Source of the DNA: Promethearchaeota archaeon
Lineage (GTDB): Archaea > Asgardarchaeota > Lokiarchaeia > Sigyniarchaeales > SOKP01
Length of the DNA: 64,000 nt
Assembly: GCA_048938895.1 (NCBI GenBank)
Contig: JBHLLU010000005.1
Coordinates: 55,527 to 119,526, forward strand
Direction: 5' to 3'
The notes below the pieces were generated by a model. It made no database searches, was not told the origin of the DNA, and was given only the letters and a program-made list of their open reading frames with translations. Position 1 is the stretch's first letter. The number at the start of each line of letters is the position of its first letter. Positions 31,653 through 40,760 of the stretch are shown here, piece by piece. The position numbers and the translations under genes are program-made.

Positions 31653-32397
31653 ACACGGAGGTCAAAAAATCCTAAAGAGACTTAATACACCGGCATTTTT
31701 ACAAATCAAGAGGAAACATGGTAAATTTTTTGTTAAACCATCGCCTGGACCTCATCCAAGTAGATTTTGTTTACCACTCCTTCACATTGTTAGAGATTTA
31801 TTACAAGTTGTAGATTCTCATAGAGAAGCAAAGAAATTAATTGGTTTGGGATATTTTAAGGTTGATGGAAAAGTTGTAAGAGATAAAGCATTCCCTGTAG
31901 GATTAATGGACGTATTATCAATAGAAAAAATGAAAAAATATTACCGAATACTCCCAGACTCCCATTATGGATTAAAATTGCATGAAATTGGTGAAGATGA
32001 GAGTTTATTTAAGTTATGTAGGATCACTAACAAAACTAATGTAAAAGGGGGTCATATACAGCTAAACTTACATGATGGCAAAAATATTTTAATTAGAGTT
32101 AATGATCCAAGAAATCCAAAAGAAGATGTCTATAAGCGAATGGATGTTTTAAAAATTTCGATTCCTGAACAAGAAATCAAGAAAATCCTAAAATTTAAGG
32201 AAAACAACCTAGCAATTATTATGTCAGGAAAAAATATAGGACAAACAGGGAAAATTATTAATATTTTAAAACGATTTGGTCCAAAAGCAAGTACAGTTTC
32301 AATTCAACATAATGGAAGCCATACAGAAACACTATATGATTATACATTTATTATTGGAGAAGATCAATCCGAAATTGATTTACCCAATTTAAATTAA
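31645..32397 (+). CDS. rps4e: 30S ribosomal protein S4e (eS4)
   Basis: PSPGPH, VDGKV, PVGLMDV, QLNLHDG. Confidence 0.96.
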   Translation: MTRHGGQKILKRLNTPAFLQIKRKHGKFFVKPSPGPHPSRFCLPLLHIVRDLLQVVDSHREAKKLIGLGYFKVDGKVVRDKAFPVGLMDVLSIEKMKKYYRILPDSHYGLKLHEIGEDESLFKLCRITNKTNVKGGHIQLNLHDGKNILIRVNDPRNPKEDVYKRMDVLKISIPEQEIKKILKFKENNLAIIMSGKNIGQTGKIINILKRFGPKASTVSIQHNGSHTETLYDYTFIIGEDQSEIDLPNLN

Positions 32398-32419
32398 AAA
32401 TAATTAGGAGGTAAATAAA

Positions 32420-33013
32420 TTGTCAGCCACATCCAAAAGGAATGCAACAAGCGCCCAACAAAAGGAATTTGATGAAAAATGGGAAAATCCAATGAAAAGG
32501 CCATTCCTAGAGAAGTTAGTTTTGAATATAGGAGTTGGTGCAGGGGGAGAAGAATTAGAAAAGGCAGTAACCGTATTAGAGCAAATAACGGGAAGAACTC
32601 CTGTCAAAACTCTATCTAAAGTTAATGTGAAAGAGTTTAATCTTAGAAAAGGGCGTCCTATTGGCTGTAAAATTACTATTAGAGGTAAAGACGCAGAAAG
32701 ATTATTAAAAAGATTATTGATAGTAAATAACAATAAAATTTTACAAAAAAGTTTTGATAATTTTGGTAATTTTGCATTTGGTATAGATGAACATATTAAA
32801 ATTCCTCAGACTGAATATGAAGCCAGTATTGGTTTGTGGGGATTAGATATATGTGGAAGGATCGCAAGACCAGGAATGAGAGTGAGATATCGAAGAAAAG
32901 GAAGAACGAAAATTCCCAGACATCACTATATATCCCGAGCAGAAGCCCAATATTTTTTGAAACAAAATTTTGGAGTTGATATTGTAAAAAAATTAGATTT
33001 AGAATATATTTAA
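32420..33013 (+). CDS. rpl5: 50S ribosomal protein L5 (uL5)
   Basis: NPM, KLVLNIGVG, GNFAFGIDEHI; TTG start with GGAGG SD. Confidence 0.96.
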   Translation: MSATSKRNATSAQQKEFDEKWENPMKRPFLEKLVLNIGVGAGGEELEKAVTVLEQITGRTPVKTLSKVNVKEFNLRKGRPIGCKITIRGKDAERLLKRLLIVNNNKILQKSFDNFGNFAFGIDEHIKIPQTEYEASIGLWGLDICGRIARPGMRVRYRRKGRTKIPRHHYISRAEAQYFLKQNFGVDIVKKLDLEYI

Positions 33014-33033
33014 TGAATTTAAGGTGATAAAGT

Positions 33034-33183
33034 ATTCCACAAGGAAAGCGTTATGGTAAAGGACAGAGAGAATGTCGAAGATGTCACACTCATAGAGGTC
33101 TAATTAGAAGATACGGTTTGTACATTTGTAGACGTTGTTTTTACGAAATAGGACAAAATATTGGATTTAAAAGATATGAATAA
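33034..33183 (+). CDS. rps14: 30S ribosomal protein S14 (uS14, zinc type), not in the ORF track; ATT start
   Basis: Translates (M)PQGKRYGKGQRECRRCHTHRGLIRRYGLYICRRCFYEIGQNIGFKRYE; lies between L5 and S8. Confidence 0.93.
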   Translation: MPQGKRYGKGQRECRRCHTHRGLIRRYGLYICRRCFYEIGQNIGFKRYE

Positions 33184-33219
33184 GAAAAATTAAAGAATAT
33201 AATAAGGATGTGAAAGAAT

Positions 33220-33603
33220 TTGGTAAATATACTAGCAGACGCTTGCTGTGCTCTTAAGAATGCTGAAAGAGCGCGTAAAAAGGAAGTTGTTATAAGTCCT
33301 GCATCGAAAGAACTTCAGCAAATCCTCCGTATCTTCCAAAGACATGCCTATATCGGTGAATTTGAAAGGTATGACGATGGTCGTCAAGGAAAGTTCAAAA
33401 TAGCATTACAAGGGAAAATTAATGAATGTGCTGGCTTAATAAGATTAAATTATAAAGTAAATCAATATGAATTCTTGGAAAGACGTTTATTACCCGCACC
33501 CGGTTTAGGATTAATTATAATGACAACAAACCAAGGAATTATGACTATGAAAGAAGCTGAAGAAAAAAATATAGGGGGACATACTCTATGCTATATATAT
33601 TAA
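33220..33603 (+). CDS. rps8: 30S ribosomal protein S8 (uS8)
   Basis: YIGEFE, DGRQGK, TTNQGIM, GG..LCYIY. Confidence 0.96.
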   Translation: MVNILADACCALKNAERARKKEVVISPASKELQQILRIFQRHAYIGEFERYDDGRQGKFKIALQGKINECAGLIRLNYKVNQYEFLERRLLPAPGLGLIIMTTNQGIMTMKEAEEKNIGGHTLCYIY

Positions 33604-33626
33604 TAAAACTTAGAGGTAAATAAGAA

Positions 33627-34205
33627 ATGGTAAAGATTGCTTTCTTTAAAGAGGAATTGGATATACCTGAAGGAGTTAAAGTAACATTAGAAGGAGGACA
33701 TCATATAAGAGTCAAAGGTCCTGAAGGAGATATCATAAAAGATTTTTCTCATGTGAGGGGTATAAAAGTAGCGATAGAGAAGAATAAAGTCATCTTTTCA
33801 ACTAATTTCCCTAAAAGTGGTACATTGGCATTGATCAAGACTATTGTAAGCATAATTAACAATTTGATTATAGGAGTGCAGACAAATTATACGTATATTT
33901 CCAAAATAGCCTATTCTCATTTTCCATGTAGTGTTCGAGTGGATGAGAAAGACAGATTCATTTATGTTGAAAACTTCCTTGGAGAAAGAGCACCAAGAAA
34001 AGCAAAGTATCCTAATAATGTTAAAGTTGAAGTGAAGGGTGATGATGTTTATTTTATTGGCCCAGATAAAGAAGCTCTTGGTCAGAGCGCCGCAAATGTC
34101 AAAAGAGCTTGTCGGATAAGAAAAAAAGATCCCAGAGTATTCCAAGACGGAGTTTATTTGTATCGAAAACAATTAGGAGAACAAGTAATCTGGGAAATTA
34201 AGTAA
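33627..34205 (+). CDS. rpl6: 50S ribosomal protein L6 (uL6)
   Basis: YSHFP, NFLGERAPR, DPRVFQDGVY. Confidence 0.96.
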   Translation: MVKIAFFKEELDIPEGVKVTLEGGHHIRVKGPEGDIIKDFSHVRGIKVAIEKNKVIFSTNFPKSGTLALIKTIVSIINNLIIGVQTNYTYISKIAYSHFPCSVRVDEKDRFIYVENFLGERAPRKAKYPNNVKVEVKGDDVYFIGPDKEALGQSAANVKRACRIRKKDPRVFQDGVYLYRKQLGEQVIWEIK

Positions 34206-34220
34206 AATGGGGTTATCATT

Positions 34221-34706
34221 ATGGTAAATGACAAAAGATTGATGGAACTTAGAAAAAAAATTGAAAAAAAAAGACCCTCCTTCAGACGGGTCGAATCCTG
34301 GAGATATAAAAGAGTACAAGACTCTTGGAGGAAGGCAAGAGGGATAGATTCAAAAACTCGAAAAAAAAAGAAATCAGGAGTTAAATCTCCAACGATTGGT
34401 TATAGAACTCCAAAAAAAGTTAGAGGTCTACATCCTTCTGGGTATAGAGAAGTTTTAGTCTCTACTATTGATGATTTAAAAAATTTAAATAAAAAAAACC
34501 ACGCTCTTAAAATTTCTGGAAAACTAGGAGCTAAGAAGCGGATTGCTCTAACCGATTACTGTCAAAGAAGAGGATTTAAAATCTTGAATCTAGGAGTTTC
34601 TCAAAAAGAAATTGAATTATTAGAACAGATGGCAGAAGCACCAATCGCGGATATAGAAAGTGATGAATTTATCGATATAGATGAGTTAGAAGATTCTATT
34701 GAATAA
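34221..34706 (+). CDS. rpl32e: 50S ribosomal protein L32e with acidic tail
   Basis: WRKARGIDSK, RGLHPSG. Confidence 0.96.
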   Translation: MVNDKRLMELRKKIEKKRPSFRRVESWRYKRVQDSWRKARGIDSKTRKKKKSGVKSPTIGYRTPKKVRGLHPSGYREVLVSTIDDLKNLNKKNHALKISGKLGAKKRIALTDYCQRRGFKILNLGVSQKEIELLEQMAEAPIADIESDEFIDIDELEDSIE

Positions 34707-34739
34707 GATAATGATAATTAAGAAAAGAGGTATAAAATA

Positions 34740-35195
34740 ATGAATTTAAAACCACAGAGAAGAATGGCTGCTGAGATTTTAAAATGTGGAGAAAATCGAG
34801 TATATTTTGATCCATATTTAATTGAAGATATTTCATTAGCTATTACCCGTGAAGATGTTCGCAATTTAATAAAGCAAGGTATAATCCAAAAAAAATATAA
34901 ACAAGGAAACTCCAAATATAGGAAAAATGTACGACATGAACGAAAGAAAAAGGGAAGAGCAAGAGGATTAGGGAAAAGAAAGGGGACAAAATATGCTAGA
35001 ACTCCGAAAAAGAAAACCTGGATTAAGAGGATTCGTCCAATAAGAAGAGAACTTAAAAAGCTAAGAGATAGAAAACAAATTACAGTTGCAAATTATCGAA
35101 AATTATATAAAAATGCTAAAGGTGGAATGTTTACTAGTGTTGCTCAATTGAATCGTTATATAAAAGAAAAAGAATTAATAAGACGAGGTAGATAA
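34740..35195 (+). CDS. rpl19e: 50S ribosomal protein L19e
   Basis: QRRMAAEILKCG, GKRKG, KGGMF. Confidence 0.96.
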   Translation: MNLKPQRRMAAEILKCGENRVYFDPYLIEDISLAITREDVRNLIKQGIIQKKYKQGNSKYRKNVRHERKKKGRARGLGKRKGTKYARTPKKKTWIKRIRPIRRELKKLRDRKQITVANYRKLYKNAKGGMFTSVAQLNRYIKEKELIRRGR

Positions 35196-35198
35196 AAA

Positions 35199-35792
35199 AT
35201 GGCTCATGGTCCAAGATATAGAAGACCCCCAAGACGTAGATTTGAAGGAAAGACAAACTATCATAAGAGAATAAAATTATTAAAATCGAGAAGACTAAGA
35301 GTTGTTATCAGAATTTCTAATAACCATACAAGAGTACAAATCGTCCAATCTAAACTGAGTGGTGATATGGTCTTGGTTTCAGCTTTCTCAAAAGAATTAC
35401 CTTTAAAATATAGTTGGAATGCAAGTACGGGAAATATCCCCGCATCCTATTTAACCGGTTATTTAGCAGGTTTAAGAGCAAAAAATAAAAATATTCAAGA
35501 TGCGATATTTGATCTTGGTATCTTTTACCATAGAAATCGAGTACTCGCAGCTTGCAAAGGAATAATAGACTCAGGATTGCAAGTTCCCTATCATGAAGAA
35601 TTTTTCCCTGATGATTTAGATGAAAGAGTAAAAGGTACACATATAGAAAATTACGCTAAAAAATTAAAATCAGAAGACCCTGAAAACTATGAGCATTTAT
35701 TTTCTGGGTATATCAAGAAAAATAAGATTAATCCTCTAAAGATTAGTCAGGCATTTTCAGATTCAATTAAGAAAATAGAAAGTAAAGCTTAA
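35199..35792 (+). CDS. rpl18: 50S ribosomal protein L18 (uL18)
   Basis: MAHGPRY, EGKTNY, YLTGYLAG. Confidence 0.96.
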   Translation: MAHGPRYRRPPRRRFEGKTNYHKRIKLLKSRRLRVVIRISNNHTRVQIVQSKLSGDMVLVSAFSKELPLKYSWNASTGNIPASYLTGYLAGLRAKNKNIQDAIFDLGIFYHRNRVLAACKGIIDSGLQVPYHEEFFPDDLDERVKGTHIENYAKKLKSEDPENYEHLFSGYIKKNKINPLKISQAFSDSIKKIESKA

Positions 35793-35806
35793 AAATTGGG
35801 ATTGAA

Positions 35807-36421
35807 ATGAGTAGATTAAGAGAAATTGAAGAAGAATGGATCCCTAAAACTCGTTTAGGAGAATTAGTTAAACAAGGACTCATCACATTAGACAAGATCT
35901 ATCAGAATAATTTAGTAGTTAAGGAAAAAGAAATTATAAATACTTTACTCCCACAGGTTAAAGAAGACGTTATACATATAGCAATGGTTCAACAAATGAC
36001 AGCAAGTGGTCAACGCAGCAGATTCAAAGCTGTAGTAATTGTAGGAACAGATGGTTTTATCGGGATTGGATCTGGAAAAAGTCGAGAGGTTGGACCTGCA
36101 ATAAGGAAGGCAATTGATAAAGCAAAACTTTCAATTGTACCTGTACTTAGAGGCTGCGGAAGTAAGGAGTGTGGTTGCGGAGGAACTCACAGTGTTCCTT
36201 TTAAAATAGAAGGAAAATGTGGATCTGTAAGAATTCAACTTATTCCTGCCCCAGTTGGAGTGGGTTTAGCCTGTGCTGACAAAGTAAAGCAAGTACTAAA
36301 ATTATGTGGTGTCGAAGATGTCTGGAGTAAGACTTTCGGTGATACTCGTACGAGTGAGAATCTTGTGAAGGCAACTTTTGATGCTATAAAAAACGCTCAT
36401 AAATATAACTTCAATCTATAA
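35807..36421 (+). CDS. rps5: 30S ribosomal protein S5 (uS5)
   Basis: WIPKTRLG, GQRSRF, HSVPFK, GDTRT. Confidence 0.97.
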   Translation: MSRLREIEEEWIPKTRLGELVKQGLITLDKIYQNNLVVKEKEIINTLLPQVKEDVIHIAMVQQMTASGQRSRFKAVVIVGTDGFIGIGSGKSREVGPAIRKAIDKAKLSIVPVLRGCGSKECGCGGTHSVPFKIEGKCGSVRIQLIPAPVGVGLACADKVKQVLKLCGVEDVWSKTFGDTRTSENLVKATFDAIKNAHKYNFNL

Positions 36422-36434
36422 GAAATCGAGTGGT

Positions 36435-36965
36435 GTGAATATGGCAATGGCAAAAAAGAAAATTAAATCAAAAGAAATAGAATATATACCTAAGCTCTAT
36501 TTTGCAGTTCGTGTTAGAGGAGCACCAGGTATGAAACGTAAGATTCTTGATACCCTTAAAATGCTAAGAATGCATAAAGTAAATCATGGGGTTCTTATTT
36601 GGGCAACGAAAAGCTATAATGGAATGTTAGTAAAGTGTAAAGATTACATAAGTTATGGAGAAATTGACGAAAAGACTCTAATTAGATTATTGCGAGTAAG
36701 AGGAAGAGTTGAAGGAAATAAGCCACTCACGGAGGAATATTTGAAAACATTAACTAATTTCAAGACTTTTAAAGAACTTTCTAAGGCATTATTAAGTGGA
36801 GAAACTCAATATCGACCACAAGATCTATATAAAATCAAACCTGTATTTCGATTGCATCCTCCAAGAAAAGGATATCGAGGGAGTATAAAACATCATTATT
36901 CAGAAGGCGGCACTTTAGGGTACGTTGGTGTTTATATTAATGAATTAATTCATAAAATGTTATGA
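36435..36965 (+). CDS. rpl30: 50S ribosomal protein L30 (uL30, long archaeal form)
   Basis: AVRVRG, KPVFRLHPPRKG. Confidence 0.95.
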   Translation: MNMAMAKKKIKSKEIEYIPKLYFAVRVRGAPGMKRKILDTLKMLRMHKVNHGVLIWATKSYNGMLVKCKDYISYGEIDEKTLIRLLRVRGRVEGNKPLTEEYLKTLTNFKTFKELSKALLSGETQYRPQDLYKIKPVFRLHPPRKGYRGSIKHHYSEGGTLGYVGVYINELIHKML

Positions 36966-36979
36966 TTTAAGGTGATTAA

Positions 36980-37459
36980 ATGAGAAATCATCCCAAAAAA
37001 GTAAGAAAAATGAGAGGAAGGAGAACTCATGGGTATGGCAGAGTAGGGCAGCATAGAAAAACAGGACAACGCGCAGGGAGAGGAAAAACAACTCAATGGA
37101 AAAAGAGTAAAAAAAGTTATTACCTAAAACAAAAAGAATTAGGATTTCCTGATCCTGACTGGGATATTGGAAAAAAAGGTTTTAAAAGACCACAAGATAT
37201 CACTCGCATTTATCAAGTTAATACTCTTAATGTCAAAGATTTAGACCATAAGATTGACTCTTTTGTGTTAAATAATAAAGCTACTAAATCAGGAAATACA
37301 TATACTATTAATTTAAACGATCTTAATATTCAGAAAATATTAGGACGTGGGGAACTTAATAAAAAAATTAATATCACCGTTAATAGCGCTTCTAAGAAAG
37401 CAATTGAGAAAGTAGAAGCTGCGGGTGGAAAAATCGAGTTACTTGCAAAGATTACTTAG
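36980..37459 (+). CDS. rpl15: 50S ribosomal protein L15 (uL15)
   Basis: RGRRTHGYG, KILGRG, AIEKVEAAGG. Confidence 0.96.
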   Translation: MRNHPKKVRKMRGRRTHGYGRVGQHRKTGQRAGRGKTTQWKKSKKSYYLKQKELGFPDPDWDIGKKGFKRPQDITRIYQVNTLNVKDLDHKIDSFVLNNKATKSGNTYTINLNDLNIQKILGRGELNKKINITVNSASKKAIEKVEAAGGKIELLAKIT

Positions 37460-37526
37460 ACTAGGAAATTAGGTTTTTTGCTACTTCTTCATTAAAATTC
37501 TATAATTACTTTATATCAGAACAAGT

Positions 37527-37679
37527 ATGGACTCTAATCAAAATAACGGACCGGACGAAATTGATTCAAAGACAAGCAACAATAATAAGAAAAGACGGAA
37601 TAAATGCCTAATCATTTTTCTAGTAATTTTAATTGTAATGATGCTTCCTTCTACTTTAGCTTTCCTTGCTATATTTTAA
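37527..37679 (+). CDS. Putative 50-aa tail-anchored membrane microprotein (not in the ORF track)
   Basis: MDSNQNNGPDEIDSKTSNNNKKRRNKCLIIFLVILIVMMLPSTLAFLAIF; TTTATA box about 12-17 nt upstream. Confidence 0.55.
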   Translation: MDSNQNNGPDEIDSKTSNNNKKRRNKCLIIFLVILIVMMLPSTLAFLAIF

Positions 37680-38329
37680 TAGATCATTTTTTGGACTAGT
37701 TGGATTAATCCCGGCAGAATGAAAATAAATCCGAGGGTATTTCCTACAAGATGTATAATTGTAAATGGAAAAGCAACAGGATTAAAAAAATAAGGTATAA
37801 ATGCTTTAATTGTCCCATAATTCGTTAGAACATCCACTAATGCTGCAAAAACTTGATAACTTGTAGTAATCATAAACCCAAGAGAACCGAAAAAAATCAT
37901 CTTTGAAACCGTATAGAATTCCTCTTTTTCTTTTAACGCCTTTCGATCTCTTAAGAATTGCTTTGAAAGTGCTCCTAATAATCCTGTTATTGTATAATGT
38001 ACTAATTGAAATGCATATAAAGGTAAGTAGTAACCATATGGGTTGAAAAAACAAAATATTGATGAACTCAGAAAGCCTACTATCATTCCATCTCTTCTTC
38101 CCATTATAAATCCTGATAAAAAGATCATTAATGTTACAAGCTCAATGTTGGTAAGTTCAATTAAAATATATCCCAATATTATCGATAAAGCTGAGAAAAT
38201 ACTAATCAAAGTCAATCGAAATGATTTTCTCTCCAACCAAACTGAGTGATTTTCTGTCTCTCTTTCTAAATCTACAATTTCAACAGATACTTTGTCTTTT
38301 TTTATTGATTGTGCTTCCAATTTCTCCAA
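37676..38329 (-). CDS. ECF transporter S component (CbrT/cobalamin-type possible)
   Basis: TNIELVT, FNPYG, HLVGN; multi-TM. Confidence 0.75.
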   Translation of the reverse strand: MEKLEAQSIKKDKVSVEIVDLERETENHSVWLERKSFRLTLISIFSALSIILGYILIELTNIELVTLMIFLSGFIMGRRDGMIVGFLSSSIFCFFNPYGYYLPLYAFQLVHYTITGLLGALSKQFLRDRKALKEKEEFYTVSKMIFFGSLGFMITTSYQVFAALVDVLTNYGTIKAFIPYFFNPVAFPFTIIHLVGNTLGFIFILPGLIQLVQKMIY

Positions 38330-38487
38330 TATAAATCTCTGAAAAATAGTAATCTTCTATGGTTACAATAAGGAAGGAACCTATTTAAAGATATGGAAAC
38401 TTATCCTACGAGACTAGAGCTCCTAATCATAATAAAATAAGTCAAGGGAAAGATAAGGTTTAAGGAAAATAATACTTAAACTAATTT

Positions 38488-38901
38488 TCAATAATCAACT
38501 TTGAAATATTTCTTTAGGTTCTTAATATCAGTTTCTGTAGATTTTGGTTTTTTATTATAAACTTCATTAGGATAATTTTTTAAAGAATATTCAGCTAATT
38601 GAAAAAGAACCTTGTTAAGAGCTTCCCCTTTTTTTGTTAAAGAATAATAAATCTCTACTGGGGTTGTAGAATAAATTTTTTTCTCAATTAATCCTGAATT
38701 TTTTAATTCTTTTAACCGTAATGAGAGCATTTTTGTGCTAATTTGAGGATTTGAATCTAAGAATTCTGAAAACCTTTTTTTACCTTTAAATAAATCTCGG
38801 ATTATCTGCATCGTCCATTTTTTACCTAAAAATCTCATTGCTACTTCTATAGGGCATTTCTTCATATTTTCTAAATCTTCCCAGACTTCCATTTTTCTCA
38901 C
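38488..38901 (-). CDS. HxlR-family winged-helix transcription regulator
   Basis: CPIE..LGKKW, RFSE, ISTKMLSLRLKEL, YSLTKKG. Confidence 0.92.
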   Translation of the reverse strand: MRKMEVWEDLENMKKCPIEVAMRFLGKKWTMQIIRDLFKGKKRFSEFLDSNPQISTKMLSLRLKELKNSGLIEKKIYSTTPVEIYYSLTKKGEALNKVLFQLAEYSLKNYPNEVYNKKPKSTETDIKNLKKYFKVDY

Positions 38902-39009
38902 AATATTACTTATTAGTATCTATTTAGTTTAAATAGTATAAAAGTTTGTTACTTTATCATACTTTATAACCTTTTGTAATATAGAAAATTACCTTATAAG
39001 TGTTTAAAA

Positions 39010-39474
39010 TTGGAAAATATTATTCTGATAAAAGAAGAACTAGATTGTACTACCAATATAGCTTTTGAAATGTTTACTAAAAATACGTTTTTGGAGAGAT
39101 GGTTAACTGAAAAAGCTGATGTAATACCGAGAGTTGGTGGCAAATATGAACTCTATTGGGAACCGGAAAATAGAGACAATAATAGTACTATTGGTTGTAA
39201 AATTACTGGAATTGAGAAAGGTAGATTTTTATCATTTAACTGGAAAGGTCCAGTTCAATTTAAATCTTTTATGAATTTTGTTGATCCTTTAACTCATGTA
39301 ATTGTATTTTTTACTCAAATTTTTTCTAATCCAAAAAAAACTACCATTAATCTATTCCATACAGGATGGAGAAAGAACCCAGAATGGCAAGAGGCTCGAA
39401 ATTATTTTGAAAAAGCTTGGACAAATGCATTAAAGAAATTACAGGAAAAAATTAAAAACAAAACACTACCCTAA
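39010..39474 (+). CDS. SRPBCC/AHSA1-like domain protein
   Basis: LERW, PRVGGKY, LFHTGW and C-terminal W..AL helix; divergent from the HxlR gene. Confidence 0.82.
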   Translation: MENIILIKEELDCTTNIAFEMFTKNTFLERWLTEKADVIPRVGGKYELYWEPENRDNNSTIGCKITGIEKGRFLSFNWKGPVQFKSFMNFVDPLTHVIVFFTQIFSNPKKTTINLFHTGWRKNPEWQEARNYFEKAWTNALKKLQEKIKNKTLP

Positions 39475-39553
39475 TTTACTACGCTTCTTTTTATTAAAAT
39501 TAACTAAAACATTAAACAAATTTATTTAGTTTATATCATAGTGTATACATTAT

Positions 39554-40660
39554 ATGATTAATGATCTGTTAATTATTAACGAATCTGGAGCGTTACTGTA
39601 TAGTTGGCACCCACAAGGTCATGAAAGTAATGGTAAGGAGGATTTACTTAGTGGATTTTTAACTGCGTTGAACAGTTTTGCAACTATTGAACGTGGAGAA
39701 GATATCAAATCCCTTCAATTAAAAGAAACCAAGATCATATTTGAGAAATATGATAAGTTATTCCAGCAACTTACTTTTGTCATAACGACAAAAAACGAAG
39801 AATTAATTGAACTTCTACACGCTTTACTCCATCAAATAATGAATAGTTTTACTGCTAAGTTTATGGATAATTTAAACAAGGAATTTACTGGATCTATTAC
39901 AGAATTTCGAAATTTTGACCAAGTTATGGAAAGTATCGTAAGTTCATATGGTTTGGATGTAATTAATGGTCTCATAAAGCAAGTTGATGAGGGAGGGGTC
40001 TTAAAATCAGTTATTTTTCTAGATGGAAAAGGAGGAAATATATTCTATATCTATGCTAAACATTATGTAAACAAGGATAAAATAAGTTTTCTCATACCAT
40101 TAATTATGAGTTCTGCAAAATTACTCTATCAAACAAATTTAAATGAAAAATTGAACTGGATTCTACTTACTACGGTTCATAATGAAAACTTATTAGTAGA
40201 ACCGAGAGATAGAATACTTATTGTGAAACAATATCAGCTAATGGAAGATATTGAAGAAGATCTTTTATCTTTGGATTTTTTCAAACAGAATGAAAAATAT
40301 CTTAAGAAACCCAAAAAAATTGTAGAAAAATTTGAGATTTTAAAATATGATCCAAAAATTAAGCAAATTTCTCTTGTAGATCTATTGGGAAAAGTTTTAT
40401 ATACTTCTATTTTTGATGCCAATTATGATTGTTCAGAATTTATACCAGAAACAATAAGTTTTTTAACTTCTTCTAAAAAAGCCAGTGAAGAAATTTATAA
40501 TAAAGTACTTTTTAACGGTACCATTGGTGGTAATAAAATTACAACTATTTGCATAAATTTTAATAATTTCTGTCTAGTACTAATAGGAAGTGTCCAAGAT
40601 TTGCATGATTTTAACATGATCCAGTCTATCTGTATGGATATCTCTAAACAATTGAAATAA
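39554..40660 (+). CDS. Longin-domain protein followed by two roadblock/longin-like modules
   Basis: LLIINESGALLY and LLSGFLTALNSFA longin signature; later SVIFLDGKGG and QISLVDLLGKVL hairpin motifs. Confidence 0.65.
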   Translation: MINDLLIINESGALLYSWHPQGHESNGKEDLLSGFLTALNSFATIERGEDIKSLQLKETKIIFEKYDKLFQQLTFVITTKNEELIELLHALLHQIMNSFTAKFMDNLNKEFTGSITEFRNFDQVMESIVSSYGLDVINGLIKQVDEGGVLKSVIFLDGKGGNIFYIYAKHYVNKDKISFLIPLIMSSAKLLYQTNLNEKLNWILLTTVHNENLLVEPRDRILIVKQYQLMEDIEEDLLSLDFFKQNEKYLKKPKKIVEKFEILKYDPKIKQISLVDLLGKVLYTSIFDANYDCSEFIPETISFLTSSKKASEEIYNKVLFNGTIGGNKITTICINFNNFCLVLIGSVQDLHDFNMIQSICMDISKQLK

Positions 40661-40760
40661 TTCTACATTTTTTTAATTCTATACATTTAAAATATAAATG
40701 ATATATTAATATTCAAAAGATAATGATTTTCTTTAGTTATATAATCTGGAATATACACAT

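Noticed and set aside
38330-38487. Riboswitch upstream of the ECF S component
   Set aside because: No recognisable cobalamin, TPP or FMN consensus on either strand.
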